DNA of 63,853 nt, the filler included, from Basidiobolus ranarum (Eukaryota): the NCBI GenBank assembly GCA_040143965.1. It is 37 parts of 37 records of this genome, joined end to end, with 100 filler letters (N's around TTAATTAATTAA, not from the genome) between each part and the next. Parts side by side here need not be neighbours in the genome. Positions count along the whole stretch, not along the records: positions 62,233 to 63,853 come from JASJQH010011571.1; 36 more parts are not named here. One strand, 5' to 3'. Position 1 is the stretch's first letter, and the number at the start of each line of letters is the position of its first letter. Position numbers and translations under genes: made by a program. Of this stretch, positions 63,853 to 63,853 are shown in pieces. The notes beneath the pieces were generated by a model, which did not search any database, had not been told where the DNA came from, and worked only from the letters and a program-made list of their open reading frames with translations.

Positions 63853-63853
63853 T

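Overview
This window is not contiguous DNA. It is 37 unrelated small contigs of about 1.62-1.64 kb, sorted by decreasing length and joined by 100-bp artificial spacers (N44-TTAATTAATTAA-N44). The DNA looks like a repeat-rich eukaryotic genome, most likely an early-diverging fungus (inference). Most of it is decayed, CpG-depleted and heavily nested transposons. (1) One dominant CACTA/En-Spm (CMC) DNA transposon family, whose layout can be pieced together from many fragments: C(A/C)CTAAC termini, a Transposase_21/tnp2 gene and a divergently oriented second ORF. (2) At least three Ty1/Copia families, two with a half-tRNA-iMet type primer binding site. (3) A chromodomain-bearing Ty3/Gypsy family with a visible -1 frameshift signal. 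Host sequence is limited to three tRNA genes (Lys-CTT, Gly-GCC, Ser-GCT) and partial genes for an alpha-arrestin, a GST, a secreted CAP/SCP protein and pirin. The most notable item is at 49220-50076, downstream of pirin. It is a frameshifted, CpG-retaining reading frame, split by the ORF track, that reconstructs into the N-terminal part of a fungal Fanzor1 (TnpB-derived RNA-guided endonuclease). Its RuvC domain and omegaRNA would lie beyond the contig end.
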